64,000 bases of DNA from Candidatus Poseidoniia archaeon (GTDB lineage: Archaea > Thermoplasmatota > Poseidoniia > MGIII > CG-Epi1), in the NCBI GenBank assembly GCA_029936395.1, contig JAPYSW010000002.1:3950-67949 (forward strand). The letters run 5' to 3'. Below, piece after piece: positions 59,877 through 64,000 of the stretch; within the stretch, counting starts at the first letter, position 1, and each line of letters begins with the position of its first letter. A program made the translations under genes and the position numbers. Below the pieces are notes generated by a model, which was given only the letters and a program-made list of their open reading frames with translations, ran no database searches and was not told where the DNA came from.

Positions 59877-61093
59877 TGGACGTTTTTGAAGGTAAAATTT
59901 GGATTTCGAATAAAGGTTTAACTGAGACCTGTGTTGGAGTTGAAAAGGGTATAATTAAGGCAGTTAAAAACAATCTCAAAGGAGATCAAAATATAAAATT
60001 TGAAGGGATTATGTTGCCAAGTGCATTAGATATGCACGTACATTTTAGAGACCCAGGCTATACACACAAAGAAGATTGGAAAAGTGGTTCTGAATCTGCA
60101 GCTTGCGGTGGAGTCACTGCCGTTGTAGATATGCCTAATACCGATCCTTTTACTTCAGATGTCTCTACTTTTAATCAAAAAGAGACAATAGCATCTTCTA
60201 AATCAATCGTTGATTTTGGAATTGGTGTAAATGTAGAAGAAGGTTTAACTAATAAAAAATGGTTTGATACAATACCTTCTGCATTTTGGAAATTATATCC
60301 ATATGGTATAAGCTCTGAACAATATTTTTCTAATGCTAGAGAGGTTTTGGAAAAAACGAATAAACCCCTGGTGATACATTGTGAGCATCCCGATCATATG
60401 CACAATGAGCCTCTTAATGAATTGGCAGATCATACTAAAAATAGGCATAATGCCGAATCTAAATGTTTATCCTCAATGCCATCTTCTTCAAACTTACACG
60501 TAGCCCATTTATCTACTACTGATGGATTGAATAATATGCCTAGTTTAGCTACTTCTGAAGTTTGCCCCCACCATTTACTTTTGAATCTGGATAATTGTCA
60601 TTCATTAGATTGCAAAGTGGACCCTCCTTTACGTACTCGTAATGACAACCATACTTTGTACAATGCATTTCGAGATGGTAGAATTCCAATTCTTGCTAGT
60701 GATCATGCACCTCATACTATTAGTGAAAAAAGATCTGATAATCCTCCTTCAGGTCTTCCTGGCGTTGAGACGATGATACCTTTGATGTTGAATGAAGTTT
60801 CTGAAGGTCGACTTGAAATGCAACGTTTAGTTAATGCAATGTCTGAATCTCCAGCTTCACGTCTTGGATTGGACAGAGGTCGTATTTCAGAAGGTTTAAC
60901 TGCAGATTTCATGGTAGTCGACATGAAAAATAGTAAACCAATAGACTTGGATATTCTACATTCGAAGGCAAATTGGACTCCGTTTGAAGGTTGGTCTGCA
61001 ATTTTTCCATCAAAAGTTTATCGAAGAGGAGAGTTAATTGCAGATGATGGTGAGATTACTAATACAAGTAATGGCCATAATCTTTTCAGTTAA
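59876..61093 (+). CDS. pyrC: Dihydroorotase-like cyclic amidohydrolase
   Basis: 'LDMHVHFRDPG' metal-binding HxH and 'DHAPH'. Confidence 0.7.
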   Translation: MDVFEGKIWISNKGLTETCVGVEKGIIKAVKNNLKGDQNIKFEGIMLPSALDMHVHFRDPGYTHKEDWKSGSESAACGGVTAVVDMPNTDPFTSDVSTFNQKETIASSKSIVDFGIGVNVEEGLTNKKWFDTIPSAFWKLYPYGISSEQYFSNAREVLEKTNKPLVIHCEHPDHMHNEPLNELADHTKNRHNAESKCLSSMPSSSNLHVAHLSTTDGLNNMPSLATSEVCPHHLLLNLDNCHSLDCKVDPPLRTRNDNHTLYNAFRDGRIPILASDHAPHTISEKRSDNPPSGLPGVETMIPLMLNEVSEGRLEMQRLVNAMSESPASRLGLDRGRISEGLTADFMVVDMKNSKPIDLDILHSKANWTPFEGWSAIFPSKVYRRGELIADDGEITNTSNGHNLFS

Positions 61094-61141
61094 TCCATAC
61101 ATTTTTTAACGAAACTTTAATAGCATGTGTAATAAGGTTAC

Positions 61142-63331
61142 ATGATAATGCAACGTTTCTTGCAATACTTAGCCCTTTGTGCATTTGCTTTTGTGATTAC
61201 AGCAGGTCATTCCCAGGCTGAGGCTAATGAATATGCCGATATTGAACTTTATTTTGATAAAGTTGGTTTTGGAGATAACTATGAACTTACTACAGAAGAA
61301 CCAACATCTGAAAAACCAAAGTATTGGAAAGCTTATGATGAACCAGGCCAAGAGAATACATTTTATCCCTTAGTTACATGGGAAATGAATCTTGGAGGGC
61401 CTATAAATTTAGGAGATTCTTTAAGCTATATAATATGGGTTGAATCGACAAATGTTCAAGAGATTAGGTTTAGGACGACTCTTTTTATTTCAACTACTGA
61501 AGGAATGTCAAATATATCTGTTGATGAAGTTACAAAAACATCGGGATTTGGTGGCTTTCTAAATAGAAATTATACGATAGAGTTAGAAGAATCATCAATA
61601 GATACTAGTGATTTCCCTGATGGTGTTCCAGCTTATACAACCCTAGGCTTTAAGCTTGAAACAAGCGTTACATGGGCTCCAGATACTGATAATCGTACGG
61701 CTTGGATTAAAGCAGCTTCAAGCAGAGGTTGTGGCAATGATTCAGGTACTGTGGCGTGTGATTCATCATTTATAATGAATGTTAGACATGTAGATATTGC
61801 GGATGATTATTTAGGTTATTTTAGCAATAATCGTGTCGAAGAGATGGGTGCAGATAGTTTATTTATGAAGGTAAATGTTTCCAATGCATTAGGTGCCGAT
61901 AACTTAGATTCAGAGAGTTCTAGTATTAAAATTCAAGGCATTTCTAATGGCGGTCAATTCAAAAATTCAATTTTAGTTAAAGATAAGCACACATATGCCA
62001 AATATATCCAAGGAACTTGGTATTATCAAGAAGATCAAAATATCGTAACTGGAATTTATGAAATTGAATTTTCTATTAAGGATCTTTATGGGAATATGTG
62101 GACTGCAACGTTGGAGTATGAGCTTGTGGTTGATGAATATGGTTTAGAAATTGAGTTTAATGAGAATTATAGTCCATCTGGACAACTGCCTAAAGGGGGC
62201 GAAGTAGATTTTGAGTTTTTAGTATATAATAGAGGCAATACGCGTGATACATTTACTATAGAATTAGATGATAATTCACTTCCTTCAAATTGGGATGCAA
62301 CTCTAACTTCACAGTCTAGTCTTGATATTGGCATGGGTTTGTACAATTATGTTCAAGTTAAGATTGAAGCTCCAGTCTCAGCACCCGGCGGAAGTAAAGA
62401 ACATGTAAACATAATTATAACGTCTACAAGTAATTCTGAGGTTTCTGAGAATGTGAAATTAGATGCTACAATTAGAACATATGGTGTTGTCTTTCTTTCA
62501 CCACCTGATAAAATAAATATTGATCCTGAGGCTTTAGATATTGATGGTTATTATTATTTTAGTATTAATTTGAGAAATACAGGAAATGACAAGGATACTT
62601 ACCGATTAGATGCTACAACTGCCCGTAGCGATTGGTCTATACGTATAGAGATTGATGGAACTGAAGTGTCTGCAGTAACAATAGATAAATCACAAACACA
62701 AAAAATAGATTTAGTTTTGAGGCCCTTAAATTATGAAAATAGTTTGGGCGACCCTATTGGCCTTCTTTTAACTGCAGATTCAATTTCCCCTGGTGACGGT
62801 TCAGCAACTTTAACTTCTGATATAATTATAGACATACCTTTAGATAGAATTTCAGATTTAGCAGTTGATATTGCGGATGTTTTGATTAATGGTAAACCGC
62901 TATCTTTGTTAACTGAAGATGATTTGAGTTCAACAGAACCAATACAGCTAAGATTAACAGTTTACAATAACGGAGGTAAAAGTACAGCACCTTTTAGTGT
63001 TCAGTTATTTGCAGGTCAGAGAGTCGTAGATGAATACAATCTTAAACAAGGTATCAGTGGTTTTGGTAATGAACCTATAATATTGACTTGGTCAAACCCA
63101 TCTGCGGGTTCTACAATTTTGAAAATCAAGGTAGATTTTGAGCAAGCAGTGTCGGAATCAATTTATTCATTGTCTGATAATTCGATTGACATTCGATTAA
63201 CAATAAGTGAACAAACTAAAAATGGAGGTGATAGTGATAATACAGACTCATCATTATTACCAGCTCCTAGCTACATATCAACATTATTTATTTTGACAAT
63301 AGTTACTATTTTGGACCGTAGAAAAAGGTAA
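61142..63331 (+). CDS. Large cell-surface protein (729 aa) with a signal peptide, beta-rich repeats and a C-terminal TM anchor
   Basis: N-terminal signal 'ALCAFAFVITAGHSQAEA', many NxS/T sequons, CARDB/Ig-like segments, C-terminal 'STLFILTIVTILDRRKR'. Confidence 0.5.
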   Translation: MIMQRFLQYLALCAFAFVITAGHSQAEANEYADIELYFDKVGFGDNYELTTEEPTSEKPKYWKAYDEPGQENTFYPLVTWEMNLGGPINLGDSLSYIIWVESTNVQEIRFRTTLFISTTEGMSNISVDEVTKTSGFGGFLNRNYTIELEESSIDTSDFPDGVPAYTTLGFKLETSVTWAPDTDNRTAWIKAASSRGCGNDSGTVACDSSFIMNVRHVDIADDYLGYFSNNRVEEMGADSLFMKVNVSNALGADNLDSESSSIKIQGISNGGQFKNSILVKDKHTYAKYIQGTWYYQEDQNIVTGIYEIEFSIKDLYGNMWTATLEYELVVDEYGLEIEFNENYSPSGQLPKGGEVDFEFLVYNRGNTRDTFTIELDDNSLPSNWDATLTSQSSLDIGMGLYNYVQVKIEAPVSAPGGSKEHVNIIITSTSNSEVSENVKLDATIRTYGVVFLSPPDKINIDPEALDIDGYYYFSINLRNTGNDKDTYRLDATTARSDWSIRIEIDGTEVSAVTIDKSQTQKIDLVLRPLNYENSLGDPIGLLLTADSISPGDGSATLTSDIIIDIPLDRISDLAVDIADVLINGKPLSLLTEDDLSSTEPIQLRLTVYNNGGKSTAPFSVQLFAGQRVVDEYNLKQGISGFGNEPIILTWSNPSAGSTILKIKVDFEQAVSESIYSLSDNSIDIRLTISEQTKNGGDSDNTDSSLLPAPSYISTLFILTIVTILDRRKR

Positions 63332-63334
63332 TCG

Positions 63335-63853
63335 TTAATCTTCATAGATTTCAAGAAATTCTCCACAGAAAGGGCATGCTTTCCATTCAGATTTTACAGG
63401 CTTGTTGCATGAGGCACAATACTCTTGATTTTCAGTTGCTGAATTGATATGTTCATTCATATTTCCAAAATTTTGGTTAGGTAGTGGCATTATTTCTTCT
63501 TGTTCTTTAAAGATAACTGCATCTTCTTCATTAAATCCATCCAATTTTTCAGGCACCTTATTTCCTAACAAGTCATTCAAGATGTCATGCTCATTTTGAA
63601 TGATTTCACCCTTTAGTTGTCTATTACTACCATCGAGATTTTCGGGTTCTTTAATTTCGGTTACATATTCTTCTTCTAATGGAATTAATTTAGGTAAAAT
63701 CCTAAATTTTTTTCTTACTTCTCTACCTCTCTGTGTTTTTGTTAGAACAAGATAAAGCAATATTACCGCAATTCCTATGATTAAAATAACTTGATTGCTC
63801 TCTAAATCTTCTATTTGTTTTCTAATTTCTTCGAGTGCTAATCGATTGTCCAC
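63335..63853 (-). CDS. Single-pass membrane protein with a C-terminal zinc ribbon
   Basis: 'CASCNKPVKSEWKACPFCGEF'. Confidence 0.35.
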   Translation of the reverse strand: MDNRLALEEIRKQIEDLESNQVILIIGIAVILLYLVLTKTQRGREVRKKFRILPKLIPLEEEYVTEIKEPENLDGSNRQLKGEIIQNEHDILNDLLGNKVPEKLDGFNEEDAVIFKEQEEIMPLPNQNFGNMNEHINSATENQEYCASCNKPVKSEWKACPFCGEFLEIYED

Positions 63854-63959
63854 ACAAGTTTATGATAGTAATATATTTATGATTTACCCCTAACAAGTTT
63901 TTATATTAAGCCCATTTAGAGTGGGATACTCCAGAGCCAGATTTATCCTAGTTTAGCAT

Positions 63960-64000
63960 AGCGGGGTGGGGTAGCTAGGAAATCCCGTCGGGCTCATAAC
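63960..64000 (+). tRNA. tRNA-Met (CAU), 5' portion only, probably the initiator type (A1); truncated by the window end
   Basis: AGCGGGG acceptor. Anticodon stem-loop UCGGG-CUCAUAA-CCC.. gives anticodon CAU. Confidence 0.6.

Noticed and set aside
1-64000. CRISPR arrays, rRNA genes, transposases/integrases, prophage blocks
   Set aside because: No regularly spaced direct repeats, rRNA-like segments or recombinase motifs were seen when reading the sequence. Apart from RusA, nothing looks mobile-element-derived.

Overview
The window is a low-GC (roughly 35-40% by eye), gene-dense segment of an archaeal chromosome with about 70 genes and short intergenic gaps. Many neighbouring genes overlap by 1-4 nt, which suggests operons. 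Archaeal identity is supported by TFB, Pelota, NAC alpha, ABCE1, archaeal-type uS15, a class-I CCA-adding enzyme, RibL-type FAD synthase and DUF1628-type (class III signal peptide) pilins. The metabolic content (pyruvate phosphate dikinase, aconitase, PntAB, acyl-CoA dehydrogenase, M32 peptidase, Rieske/cytochrome b) points to an aerobic heterotroph. It is most consistent with a marine Thermoplasmatota / Poseidoniales-like lineage; this is an inference and no search was run. Housekeeping genes: pyrG, folD, purM, trxB, rps15, ribB-ribL-ribE-ribH operon, pntAA-pntAB-pntB, ppdK, acd, pelota, tfb, nac, ABCE1, tRNA-Gln, and a partial tRNA-Met at the 3' edge. Accessory and unusual content: (1) a 7-8 gene minus-strand respiratory operon (8.7-14.1 kb) combining Rieske + split cytochrome b with an HdrB-like CCG protein and polyferredoxin, in which the cytochrome b C-terminal half (PDWY motif) is fused to a 2x[4Fe-4S] ferredoxin domain; (2) a type-IV-filament locus (18.1-25.0 kb) with DUF1628 pilins, a 753-aa FlaI/VirB11-family ATPase carrying long charged N- and C-terminal extensions, and a split platform protein; (3) a second, Tad-like ATPase + two-platform module (41.6-44.2 kb) with no adjacent pilins; (4) tandem duplicated pilin genes with a duplicated promoter (5.7-6.9 kb); (5) a RusA-like Holliday junction resolvase next to folD; (6) several small uncharacterised gene clusters (MBL nuclease + Zn-ribbon + HTH; MBL hydrolase + two 2OG-Fe(II) oxygenase paralogs; SpoU MTase + P-loop + hypothetical). 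No CRISPR array, rRNA, transposase or integrase was seen.
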